Source of the DNA: Anaerolineales bacterium UBA6092
Lineage (GTDB): Bacteria > Chloroflexota > Anaerolineae > Anaerolineales > UBA4823
NCBI GenBank assembly: GCA_002428565.1
Contig: DIXA01000036.1
Location: forward strand, 5,321 to 69,320
Direction of reading: 5' to 3'
DNA length: 64,000 nt
Shown here piece by piece: positions 48,101 through 58,200 of the stretch. The position numbers and the translations under genes were made by a program. The stretch's first letter is position 1; each line of letters starts with the position of its first letter. The notes under the pieces are model-generated. The model was not told the DNA's origin. It saw only the letters and a list, made by a program, of their open reading frames with translations, and did not search any database.

Positions 48101-48652
48101 GTTCCCCCCACTGATGATCACGCTCATCCCGGCCACGCTGCCGCTGAACGCTGCCCGGGCATTGGGGGTAAACGGATTTGAAAGGCCCGTTGCCAGTGGG
48201 TGAGACGTTTGGTTGATCCAATTCCACGAGTTGTACGAGTTGTAGATCGTGATCCCGCCCGGCAGGGTCAGGCCATCAAAGTCGCCGTACCAGCCGCCGG
48301 CGTGAAATTCCAGGTATCCGCCGGCCTGCACATAGGACTCAAAGCGATCGGCATTGGCTGCGTAAGCATTGTAAAAGGCATTGGATTGTTGGCCCGCTAT
48401 GATCACCGCGGGGTAGGCGCTTAGATCGATGGTGCCCATCTGATCCGAACTGGCAATATCATACAGCAATCCCTCGGCGCTCAACAGATCTTCGATGCTG
48501 CCCGTTCCAAACGGTCGCCCATCCATCAGCAGCAGCACCTGCCCCGCCGTGGGGGCGCGCTGCGGCGCCTGCGCGGCTGCGTCCATACCCGCCGCACCCG
48601 CCAGCGCCAAAATGCATACCCCAACCACCATACAGAAGAATGCCTGTTTCAT
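45155..48652 (-). CDS. giant secreted protein: GATase1-like N-domain, multiple YVTN-type beta-propellers, C-terminal PKD domain
   Basis: The start was set at ATG 48652 (MKQAFFCMVV... signal peptide). Repeated motifs of the form P.G.A.SPDG..LYV....VSVIDT. The C-terminal PKD-like block is TWNFGDGS. Confidence 0.8.
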   Translation of the reverse strand: MKQAFFCMVVGVCILALAGAAGMDAAAQAPQRAPTAGQVLLLMDGRPFGTGSIEDLLSAEGLLYDIASSDQMGTIDLSAYPAVIIAGQQSNAFYNAYAANADRFESYVQAGGYLEFHAGGWYGDFDGLTLPGGITIYNSYNSWNWINQTSHPLATGLSNPFTPNARAAFSGSVAGMSVIISGGNAPGGPATTIEYPWGTGQVVAFGQPVEYLYAEAISGKELLPNAIDYLAGNLAPNVYVTPGFPEGFGVAGQAIPYEFTILNDTGITGTFDLALDGADWPSAISAVQTGSLNPGESETAVVTVTVPLAAQPGDFDEVTLEVTSSLSPTVYYNQAIIHTTATSGDYGFVMANYAEQIVRLDRQLNIITGWIYFPSMSRPLQGALSPSGETLYASLGAAGTVAVIDTATNTVKNTIPVGSSPNGLAITYDGELVVVANRNSDNTSIIDTATQTVVATLSTGDHPYAVAAHPCRELAYVASQYSGEVYVIDTAALTVTDVIAGVAWLFDLAVSPNGQYVYVVEGTQDRVAVIDTNTNEVLYRWPAGGWVKQIDISPDGRLLYVADGSTSVSVLDALSGELLHTIALNLYYSGITDVEFAPAGYGPYAYLAEEQENQVITINTQTHTVVGALDVGVRINGLAYFPRPSTCLAEITLTPGEQVQYGAAGETVDYLLRVSNASTETRTIGLSLAGAEWPAALSSSSTGLLGPWESFPFTVTVTFPTGAAMGDHDAFTVEAADPTGGLATSAAVVAAVARPGYAFDPDSDRIWVMDTILHQPTGEYIQMPTGSWAWRGVLSADSKTLYASLRDTGQVAVIDLTAAYTSTLIPVGARPYEIALSPDGSRAFVVNHDDDSLSVIDTAALTVTQVITGLEDGPISVETSPCLDKIYIVSKDANSVSVLDGTTFSVTAVITAGLDHPWGMAISPLGDRAYVSSVLNMDVVVIDTASDTMVYTWTMNLPGSDNNGSMANLEVSPDGLTLYATDPALGLLYVVDTQTGEVTDQITVGASMGNGMAWDVAVFPWPDEGLVYVSMPYVYMVRAVDTAAGQVVSSIQLEGGPRGLALFPRPAVCGTPPAGSFTQSATTAHVGETVVFTATISAGVPTPTLTWNFGDGSATSSDLITSHAYAQAGVYTVTLSIGNPLGHLALTSTVTVENLRVYLPLALKR

Positions 48653-48900
48653 TGCCGCCTCCTTAATATTTTTGTTGTTTGTCCTGACCCTATAGAACCA
48701 TCGGTGTTGGCCGCAGTTTACCTGATCTGCAAAACCTGTTAGCAAGACAATGCACCGTGAGGCTGCGATGGATGATCGTTTCGCTGATGATGCTGGAATT
48801 ATGCCACAAAAAAGCAGATTGAGCGTTTAAACCGCCGACCGGGCGAAGTCGCCTGGCTAGAGGTTTTTTGGCGACATCTACCACCACACAAACTACCCAC

Positions 48901-49024
48901 GCGCCCCCGCAGTTGGGGGTTTGTTCTAGTTTCAGTCTTGCTGAAGCTATATATTGTGTTCCCTTGGGAGTAGTTCGCCAAAGTGACGTTCGAAAAAGAT
49001 AGGACCGCGGCACTGTGGGTGGGG
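48901..49024 (+). repeat. copy L3 (core only) of the junction repeat family
   Basis: GCGCCCCCGCAGTTGGGGG...GAGTAGTTCGCCAAAGTGACGTTCGAAAAAGATAGGACCGCGGCACTGTGGGTGGGG. It has the same order as L1 and L2, but its left arm is unrelated. Confidence 0.75.
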
Positions 49025-49118
49025 AATGTTCCGTGGAGGAGAGTGTGTTGCAGTGCCACGCGGCACATCCCGCCGTTTCCCTAGTTTCCTGCCAGTGGAT
49101 TGAATACATAAATCCAAA

Positions 49119-49200
49119 GGCGCTCTATAATCTTATCTGTGTACCCAACAAACTTGCCTCTCTCACCGCCGCCCTCACCGAGAACCTCACCTTGTGTGTA
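49119..49200 (+). repeat. conserved junction linker, copy 2
   Basis: GGCGCTCTATAATCTTATCTGTGTACCC...CTCACCGAGAACCTCACCTTGTGTGTATC matches 21397-21478. Confidence 0.7.
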
Positions 49201-49762
49201 TCCCTGCCCTTGCGGTTATTTCAATGATGCCATCAAACCCTGCACCTGCTCCTCCAGCACCGTCACCAAGTACCAGGAGCATCGTTCTGGGATGCCCGCA
49301 TCTCTGGCCCGCTGCTGGACCGCATTGACATCCACATCGAGGTGCCGCGCGTCGAATACGAAAAACTGAGCGACAGCCGTTTTAGCGAATCTTCGGCTAC
49401 CATCCAGGCGAGGGTGGAGGCGGCGCGGCAACGCCAGCGCGAACGTTTTGCCGTCGGGGCGAAGCATTCGCCGCATGACGCCGCGACAGACAGAACCTCT
49501 CTGGCGAATGTTTCGCCCGTACAGTGTAATGCCGACATGCGCCCGGCGGAGGTGCGAGCGTTCTGCAACCTGGACGACACCAGCCGCAGCCTGATGAAGA
49601 CGGCCATGAACCAATTACAGCTCAGCGCGCGGGCGTATCACCGCATATTGAAGCTGGCGCGGATTGGCGCGGACGATTGCAGATTTAGCGGGGAGTGAGA
49701 CGATCGGGCCGAGTCACCTGGCGGAGGCGCTGCAGTATCGTCCGCGGGGGATGATGGGGTAG
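49201..49762 (+). pseudogene. comM: comM 3'-end remnant (copy 3)
   Basis: Same left breakpoint as copy 2. It has an insertion of about 22 nt after ...TKYQ and a 10-nt duplication (GATTGGCGCG) near the end, so the frame is broken. It ends at TAG 49760-49762. No S-type repeat follows. Confidence 0.85.
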
Positions 49763-49884
49763 GGGAAATGGGAACGCGATCTCTCTAATTCTCACCTCCC
49801 CTGCCAATATAGGCAAGATCCAGAATCGGAGCATCAGATTTCCTAAGTAGGGGTTATTAACCTATATTAGGATGGAGGTGCTCT

Positions 49885-51519
49885 GTGAATTCACAACGCT
49901 GCGCGGTAAAAGTTCTGCGCCCCACTCAAGCGACTTTATTCGGATGGAGTCATTCCCGTTCGCCCGAACCAATCTCGCAAAGTTCATTGTCGTCAAATTT
50001 AGCCAATCTAGACCAGCCATTTTTCCTTCTCCAAAAAGATGACGGTTATTTCAGCGCCAACGATGGGCAAGCCTCGCAGCAAAGCGAGAATTCCTTCCAA
50101 GTAATCGGCCTGTGCCCTGAATTAAGCCCTTTTGATCTGGGCGATCCAGCCTTCAAAGCAACGTATGGGATGAAGTATTCTCTTTACGCAGGCTCCATGG
50201 CAAACGGAATCTCCTCTGAGGACATGGTCATCGCATTGGGGAATGGGGGGTTTATGGGCTCCTTTGGGGCCGGTGGTTGTTTGCCAACCCGCATTGAAAA
50301 AGCCATCCACCGTATTCAAAATGAACTGAATGGCAAACCCTACTTATTCAACCTGATCAACAGCCCTTTCGAGCCTGCATTAGAAGCCAGAACGGCAGAA
50401 TTGTATATCAAACACGGTATTCGCGCGATCGAAGCCTCGGCTTATGTGGCACTCACTTCAAATCTTGTGTGGTACCGCCTGGCTGGATTGTCTCGATTGC
50501 CGGATGGATCCATAAAGATCAACCATCGGATCATTGCCAAGGTGTCTCGTAAAGAGGTGGCACAAAAATTCCTGGCCCCCGCAGAACAAAGTATTGTCAA
50601 CCAGTTATTGGCAGAAGGAAAAATCACCGAAGAACAGGCGCGCTTATCGCAGTACGTTCCCACGGCTGATGATATTACCGTTGAAGCGGATTCGGGCGGT
50701 CATACCGATAACCGCCCATTGGTTAGCATTTTGCCAGCCATCCTCCAGCTGCGAGACTCGCTCCAGGATCAATATCAATTTCCCCAACCAACCAGGATCG
50801 GGGCAGCCGGTGGCATTGCCACCCCCGCTTCGGCGCTGGCGGCATTCATGATGGGGGCAGCCTACATCACCACCGGCTCTATCAATCAAGGATGCGTTGA
50901 GTCGGGGGCATCGGAACATAGCAAAAACCTGCTTTCCCAAATGGAAATGACCGATGTGGCCATGGCTCCGGCAAGCGATATGTTTGAGATGGGGGTAAAG
51001 GTTCAGGTGCTCAAGCGCGGAACCATGTTTGCCATGCGCGCTCAAAAGCTGTATGAAGTCTACCAGAGATACGAGTCAGTTGAAGAAATTCCAGCGCCTG
51101 AGCGAGAAAAATTGGAAGCCACGATCTTTAAGCGGAGCATGGATTCGGTGTGGAATGAATGTGTGAAGTTTTTCGGTGAGCGCGATCCCAAACAGATCGA
51201 GCGAGCCAATCAGAAACCGAAAGACAAAATGGCGCTCATATTTCGTTGGTATTTGGGCCTGTCTTCTCGCTGGTCTAACAGTGGAGAAAAAGGCCGTGAG
51301 ATGGATTATCAAATCTGGTGCGGCCCTGCCATGGGCGCATTCAACGATTGGGTCAAGGGGACGTATCTCGAAAAACCGGAAAATCGCTCCGTTACGGATG
51401 TTTCGATGCATATTCTGAGAGGGGCTGCATTCCTATGGAGGATCCGCATGCTCGAAGCACAGGGACTTCGTTTCGCGGACGAAATCTGCAAATACATTCC
51501 CACGGATCGGTTGATGTAA
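49885..51519 (+). CDS. pfaD: PfaD-family trans-acting enoyl reductase (nitronate-monooxygenase fold)
   Basis: GTG start with GGAGG 6 nt upstream. 544 aa containing YSLYAGSMANGISS, EADSGGHTDNRP and GAAGGIATP blocks typical of PfaD. Confidence 0.85.
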   Translation: MNSQRCAVKVLRPTQATLFGWSHSRSPEPISQSSLSSNLANLDQPFFLLQKDDGYFSANDGQASQQSENSFQVIGLCPELSPFDLGDPAFKATYGMKYSLYAGSMANGISSEDMVIALGNGGFMGSFGAGGCLPTRIEKAIHRIQNELNGKPYLFNLINSPFEPALEARTAELYIKHGIRAIEASAYVALTSNLVWYRLAGLSRLPDGSIKINHRIIAKVSRKEVAQKFLAPAEQSIVNQLLAEGKITEEQARLSQYVPTADDITVEADSGGHTDNRPLVSILPAILQLRDSLQDQYQFPQPTRIGAAGGIATPASALAAFMMGAAYITTGSINQGCVESGASEHSKNLLSQMEMTDVAMAPASDMFEMGVKVQVLKRGTMFAMRAQKLYEVYQRYESVEEIPAPEREKLEATIFKRSMDSVWNECVKFFGERDPKQIERANQKPKDKMALIFRWYLGLSSRWSNSGEKGREMDYQIWCGPAMGAFNDWVKGTYLEKPENRSVTDVSMHILRGAAFLWRIRMLEAQGLRFADEICKYIPTDRLM

Positions 51520-52269
51520 TCATCGAACCCTGGAAAAATTGAGAGACTCTCGTTCTTCGATACAAATCGTCAAAATAAAATCACCCTCCCTGCGCCAGAA
51601 TAGGCGCAGGGTTTCTTGATCACCAACGATGGATGCAGAAAAGCCAATGGGATTCCAGCCGTCGATCGAAGGCCCTGGCGTTTGCACATCTACACTGATC
51701 GAACGCGTATCCACTTTCAAACCGATGGAAAGTGCTTTCAAAATGGCTTCTTTGGCGCTCCAGGCTAAAGTGGCCAATACGGCCGAATCGCCGATTTGGC
51801 GAATCTCCTCCTGGGTAAAGAAATCTTGCACGAACTCCTGTGATCGTGTTTCAATCCGTTCTGCATCTGCGCCCAGGCGAATATTTTCTCGAGAGCAGGC
51901 ACACAGAACATAGCCGTTCGAATGGCTGATCGAGATTTGCGTGGCAGGATGTTGATTTCCATCGAGCAGGATATAGGGGGCGCCGCTTTGCCCTTTCAAG
52001 ATCTGTTTGGCTTGCATTTCATACTGAGCAAAGCCACCCTCTACCGAGCATAGGAGCCGTTTCATCGCAATACGGCTGGCAAGCCACTCCTTACGCCGTT
52101 TGCTGAAGCGAAGCGTTTTTAGAAAGGTTATTTCTTCTGTGCCCAGATACGGAATGAACTCACCTTCTTTCTCTTCGGTGAGCCCCGTATCCATTGCGGT
52201 AAAAGACCAAAAGATCATCATGGTGTGGTTTCTCCCCGGGAAAAGCAGCTTTCCCGGGGAGATGATCAC
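51520..52269 (-). CDS. Sfp-type 4'-phosphopantetheinyl transferase
   Basis: ISISHS, then GADAERIE (the Mg-binding D..E motif), then WSAKEAILKA. The start is ambiguous (52269, 52221 or 52194). The 3' end abuts pfaD convergently. Confidence 0.8.
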   Translation of the reverse strand: MIISPGKLLFPGRNHTMMIFWSFTAMDTGLTEEKEGEFIPYLGTEEITFLKTLRFSKRRKEWLASRIAMKRLLCSVEGGFAQYEMQAKQILKGQSGAPYILLDGNQHPATQISISHSNGYVLCACSRENIRLGADAERIETRSQEFVQDFFTQEEIRQIGDSAVLATLAWSAKEAILKALSIGLKVDTRSISVDVQTPGPSIDGWNPIGFSASIVGDQETLRLFWRREGDFILTICIEERESLNFSRVR

Positions 52270-52279
52270 GTTGCATAGA

Positions 52280-55200
52280 TTATGGGTTAGAAGCCGTAAC
52301 GAGTTTCTTTAAAGGCGCAACCAATTGCTGCTCTGCCGGGTAAGGGAATGCTGAAGTGCGGTAATCGGTCATTTCGAGGAATACGTCTCCCTTCGCATCC
52401 ACCACCCGGGCATCGAAAGAGTAGGTCTCGCCATGCAGATGCGGTTTCACTTCGGCATAGATGGCGACACCATTGATTGGCTGTTTGAAGATCTTGAGCG
52501 TTCCCACCGATTGCGGAAGGGCTAAAGTTCCCGTGGCGCCCACTTCATACAACCCTGCTGTCTGGAAGCACATTTCGATCAGCAGCGGTGTGGTGAGCAA
52601 AGAGGGATCATCAACACCTACTTTAACCAATTTCTTGTTGAATTTTCCCAGCAGTGAGCCATTTGCCGCCTGTGCTGATTCCAATACCTGGAAGGAAGGG
52701 CCATGGAAATACAAGTTGTAGATCTCTCTAGATGAAACGATATCCTTTTCACTCCATTTTGGGGGGGCAACAACGCGCTTGCTCTTCTGCTCGCCTGAGA
52801 TGAGGAAAACGTTTCCTGAGAAGTGCAGCGAGTGCTCTACTTCGCCATTGCGCCGGGCGATATCCGATTCAAGCGTCACTTCAAGTTTGATGCCTTCTGG
52901 CTTGCGGTAAGCCACTGCGTTCCATTGGATGGTTCGAGTTTTGTTGCCATAGAATTTGAAAGGAGAAAGGAACTGAATATTCTCCATGTGCTCTACATCG
53001 AACACACCGTTATTGGAGCCTAACACAGAAGCAATGTGCTTGGCCGCCACCGAAAAACCCTCGATCCCCATGACACCTGGCAATACAGGGGTTCCGTTGA
53101 TCGTGTGGTCGCGCAGATAAGCCACCTGCGTGGGGTCAAGGTCGGCTTCCAGGCGAATGCCCTGGTCGATGCTGAAGCTCGTCAGACGGCTGAACATTTT
53201 GTGGATGGGTTTCCCCTGACGCAAGGCTTCGTTCGCGGCCTGAACATCCACCCCGCAATCTCCGCTGCAGGCTGCCTCCAGCGTCCCCAGAGAGCCGGCG
53301 ACAACGTATTCGCCGCTCAAGCCCAGTTGAAGCGCTGCCCTCACCATCGGGGCCGCGGCTGCAGGCTTGAGCATCTCGATCCCGGCGCGCTCCATTAACA
53401 TCGGGATATTGCCGCGGCTGGCCATGCCCACTTCGGCCCAGGCGCCCCAGTCGATCGAGATTGCTCCCATGCCCGGATATGCATTGGGCAGCCACGCAGA
53501 GAACTTTGAAAGCAGATCATTGGCTGCGCTGTAATCGGTCTGCCCCGCATTGCCAAACCGGCCTGCCACCGATGAGAAAAATACCACCGAACCCGGCAGC
53601 AACTTTCCCTTTTCTAGTGTGCTGAGCAAGAAGTAGAAGCCATCTGCTTTCACTGAGATGGTCTGCTCAAACTCGGCGCTTGTTTTGCTTTCGATCTTGC
53701 GGCTCTTTTCGACACCCGCGGCGTGGATCAAGGTATCGACATGATCGGTAGCACGCTCGATCTCATGCACAGCCGCTTCAATGGATCGTTGATCGGTTAC
53801 ATCACAAACGATGTAATTCGCTCTTCCTCCACTGGCCCGGATTGCCTCCATCACCTCCAGCATGGCCGCGGCTCGCTCCAGGGCCATCACGCGCTGATCG
53901 AGCTGGACCGGGGTGGCTTTTTCGCCCTTTTCGTGCAGCCGTTTTTGCAGTTCCACTCGATAGGCGTTGCGATCGGCCTTGACCATGTCGATATCCTGGT
54001 CGTCCTGCGACGGGAGCGGTGTGCGGCCGAGCAAGAAAAATGAACCTTGCGTGGCCCGGGCAAGATCCAGCAGCACCGCTCCTGTAATTCCGCCGGTAGC
54101 GCCGCTGACCACAAAAACACCGTTTCGCGGCAGGGCGACCTGCGTGATGCCTTCCGAATGGACCTCTCTCAGCGAGACCGCATAACGAGATACATCGTCG
54201 TACCCGATCTCTGTCGTCACAGGATCATGCAGGGTTTCTTTGATCAAGGCGTCGGCAACGTTTGCCTCTTTGCGCGCAGATGGGAAGTCGATCACTTTGA
54301 TCAACTGGCCCGGTCTTTCGTGCCGCAAGGCTTTGATAAAGCCACTGATCAATCCACCCAGGGGATTTTCGCTGTTGAGCAGGCCCAGCAACCCCCCCAT
54401 CGCTGTGGCGCCGATCAGGAAAGCCGATTCTGGCAAGACTTTGGCTAGCTCAAACAAGGGATTGAGACTCTGTGCTCTTTGCTGCACCCACGTTTCAGGT
54501 GTCAGGGCCTTCCAATTGATTGTCTCATCCAGCGCGGTCAGGTAATAAACGCCCTCCAGGTTTCCCGCTTTGGCCAACTGGTCAATTTTTTCGACCGCAG
54601 ACATCGGATCGACAACTACCGGGATGGCCTTCATAGCCTTCAGTTTCTTGGACAATGCATGGCTTACTTTTGCGGAATTGGCCACGATCACGACCTCGCG
54701 GTCTGCCAGATGCACTTGCGTGCCGGAACACAATTCAACCTTTGGGATCATCACCAAGGTGGGCGCTCTGAAGGCCAATACAGCATCCGCCTGCGCTGTG
54801 ATACTCTCTGACCCAACCGGAGAAGGAACTGCAGGTTTTGGCGAGTCGATCGTTTTTGGATGGGCCTCTTTGATAACCGGTTTGTTTTGCGCGCCCAGGT
54901 TTTCTTCAACAAAAGCGATCACCCGGTCAAGCGTGTTGTAATCGGCCAGGATCAAATCTTCGCGGCGGGGAATACCATAATGGGTACGAATGGCGGCAAA
55001 CAGCTCGGCTTGCTTCACGGTATCGATGCCGAGGTCTGCCTCCAGGTCAAGGTCCAGATCGAGCATTTCAACCGGATAACCGGTTTTCTCGCTCACTTCA
55101 GCAAGCACATGCTGCTGGATGGCCTCCTTTTCGGGGTTGATCGCGGCCTGAGGCGCTGGGATAACTGCCTGTGCCACCGGCTCTTGAACCTCGACTTTGG

Positions 55201-58200
55201 CTGGCAGCAAGGAAGGAGTTGTTGCCCTCGTCTCATGAACACTGGGCTGCCTCACGCTATCCGACATGACCCAAAGGGTTGGCACCTGTCCATAATGCCA
55301 TGAGGCGCTGCGCGGATCACGGGTGGGCACCCCCTGGTCTTTGATGCGCAGCGTTCTTTTCACCAATTCGGTCTCGGCGTGGTCGTGCCCGCTCACTGCA
55401 GACAGCCATCCGGTATATCGTTGGCGGTCAACTCTTTCGCCTACCCCCGGGATTTTACGCACGAGCGTCATTGCAATTTGCGAACCAAACCCGGCGCCCA
55501 GGCGCAGCGCGTATTGCGGGTTATAAACGCCACCTTTGGAGAGGTTTAGATCTCCCAATTCGGGATCGGGCTCAAAACCTTCCTGAATATTGGCGATGGG
55601 AGGCACAATTCCGGTTTCCAATGCTTTGATGGCCACAACATCTTCAATGCCCACTCCCATGGAGTGACCGGTGAAACCTTTGGTATTGGCCACAATCACC
55701 TGGTTGGCGGCATTGCCAAAGCAGTAACGCAGGGCGCGAATTTCAGCGCTTGCGCTCCCGCCTCGCGCGGGAGTGTAGGTTTCGTGTGACATGAACACGG
55801 TTTCATGAGCGATGCTCTGGCGATGGATGCCAAACCGGCTCTCAGCAGTCTGAAGGAGACGGTCCATCACCTCGCTCACGTGTTGTGTATCAAGCCGCGT
55901 ACCATGGAATGCGCTATTGGCTGTGTGGGTGGAGAGGATTTCTCCAAGTCCACGTACACCACGCTCACGCGCAGCATCTTCGCTCTCGATCACCAGCGCG
56001 GCGGCGCCCATGCCCATGATCAGGCCGTTACGCCGCCTATCAAACGGGGTGGCCGCCAGGCGCAAATCGCCTTCTGTTGTTGCCGCGCCGCTGGCAAACA
56101 GGCTGGAGCCTACCCAGGCGAGAGAGTTTTCTCCGGTCACATCATCACCGGCAATGACCACCACACGGCGGCAGCGCCCGGTGCGGATCCAATCTTCTGC
56201 AACCGAAACCGCGTGGGTGGTTGTGGCGCAAGCATCATTTACATGGGTGTTCGGCCCGCGTGCCCCAATATACTCTGCAAATTGAGAGTGTCCCATCGAG
56301 AGTACGCGGAATATATATTTGCGGTCAAAATGATAATCAACCTCTTTGATTTTCGCTTCGAGCGCCTCTGCTCGTTGGTGCAGTTCATCCAGCAGCGGCA
56401 ATGGCCCATTCTCGCAAGACGCGCTTAACGATTGGATGAGTGAACGTACTTCTTGGAGCTGGCTTTCAAGGATCTTCGCTTCGTAGAAATGGCCTGCTTC
56501 TTCAACGACCCGATTCAAGCCCGGAAATGCTGAGCCGAAGATGATGCCCGTATCATCGCGCATGGATTCTGGCAATTTCCACCGGTCTGGCAACCAGCTT
56601 CCTTTCGTGGTGCGGCGGTAAGACATCACCAAGGGAATCCCCGCATCCCGCAGTGCTTCAATACCGGCAGCAATGGCCAGTTTGGAAGAAATATCCAACG
56701 AATCCACCTTCTCTTCGGGAATGCCGAATTCATCGACCAGATCAAACTCGCCCGCCTGGCCGGCAAATTTCAAAACCTGGTCGAGATCCGTGATCTCTTC
56801 CATCACTGCTCCGGCATCGCTTTTTACCAACCGCGTTACGTGTTTATCCAGGATCGCCCTGCGTGAGTGATCGCTGAGCGATTCGATGCGCATATCGCCG
56901 CGAAGAATGCGCTCGAAATTATCGTCGCCAAAAACATGGTTTTTTCTACCGGGCAAACCCAGGCCAAGGCCGGTGATAACCACTGAGCCGGTGATCGGGA
57001 GCGTGCCATCATCCCCGACAACCTGGGACCGAACTCCGTTGACCTGAGCGGGTTGTTCGCCGGGCTGATCGGCCCGGTCTGAGCTTTGCATTGGTTCCGC
57101 CGCAGGAACCCCGGCCGCGTAGATGCCGCATAGCGCTTCGTTGAAGCTGGCCTTACCACCTTTGCGAGGATGATTGGTAGCAATGATGGTTACATCCTCA
57201 TGATCTTTGAGGTTATCTTGCGCCAAAGCATTGAGCACACGTTTGGGGCCTGCTTCGATAAAAACACGCGCCCCTTCACGGTAGAGCGTCTGCATGCCTT
57301 TGACGAACTGCACTGGTGAGGCCACCTGGCGGGCAAGAATATCCAAAATCTCTTCTCGTTCCGAGGGGTAGAGCTCACCGGTCACATTGGCAACAATGGG
57401 CAACTGCGGTTTTTGCACGGTCATGCGCGCAATCACCGAGCGTAAAGGCTCGCTGGCGGACGCCACGATTTTTGTATGGAAGGCATGTGAAACCGGCACC
57501 TTGACCGCCTGGAACCCTTCGGTGGTAAATTTTGAAATTGCCAGATCGATCGCCTCAGAAGAGCCCCCCAACACAGATTGCAACGGGCTGTTGATATTGG
57601 CGATCACCACGTAACCATCGATCGATTGAATCACCTGCTCCACCTTTTCTAGCGGAGCAGATACAGCCGCCATGCTACCGGGATCGCCCATATTGAACTT
57701 GCTCATCTCTCTGCCTCGGGCGCTGACCACTTCCAGGGCTTGGGCAAAGGTCAAAACACCGGCTGATACCAGGGCGGCATACTCTCCCAGGCTGTGACCC
57801 ATCACCATATCGGGATAGACCCCATACTTATTGAGCACACGCATGAGCGCAATATCGGCGGTCAGCATCGCCGGTTGGGTGATGGCTGTTTTTTTGAGCT
57901 CTTGTTCGGCTTGTTTCAGTTCCTCGTCTGAGCCATCCGTGTAAATAAAACTGGTCAGGGGCCTGCCCAGAAGGGGCGTCATCACCCGATCTGCCTCGTC
58001 AAAGGTTTCGCGCACCAGGGGTTCCGTGTCGCGCAGGTCTAGCAGCATATTGACATATTGAGACCCCTGCCCGGGGAACAAGAAAGCCACTTTGCCGGGT
58101 TTACCGCCACCCCGGTATACCCCATGCGGCTGCATGGCTTTCCAGGTTACCGGCGATTCGTTCTCGAAGGCGGCCAAGGTCTTTTCTAATCGATGCGCCA

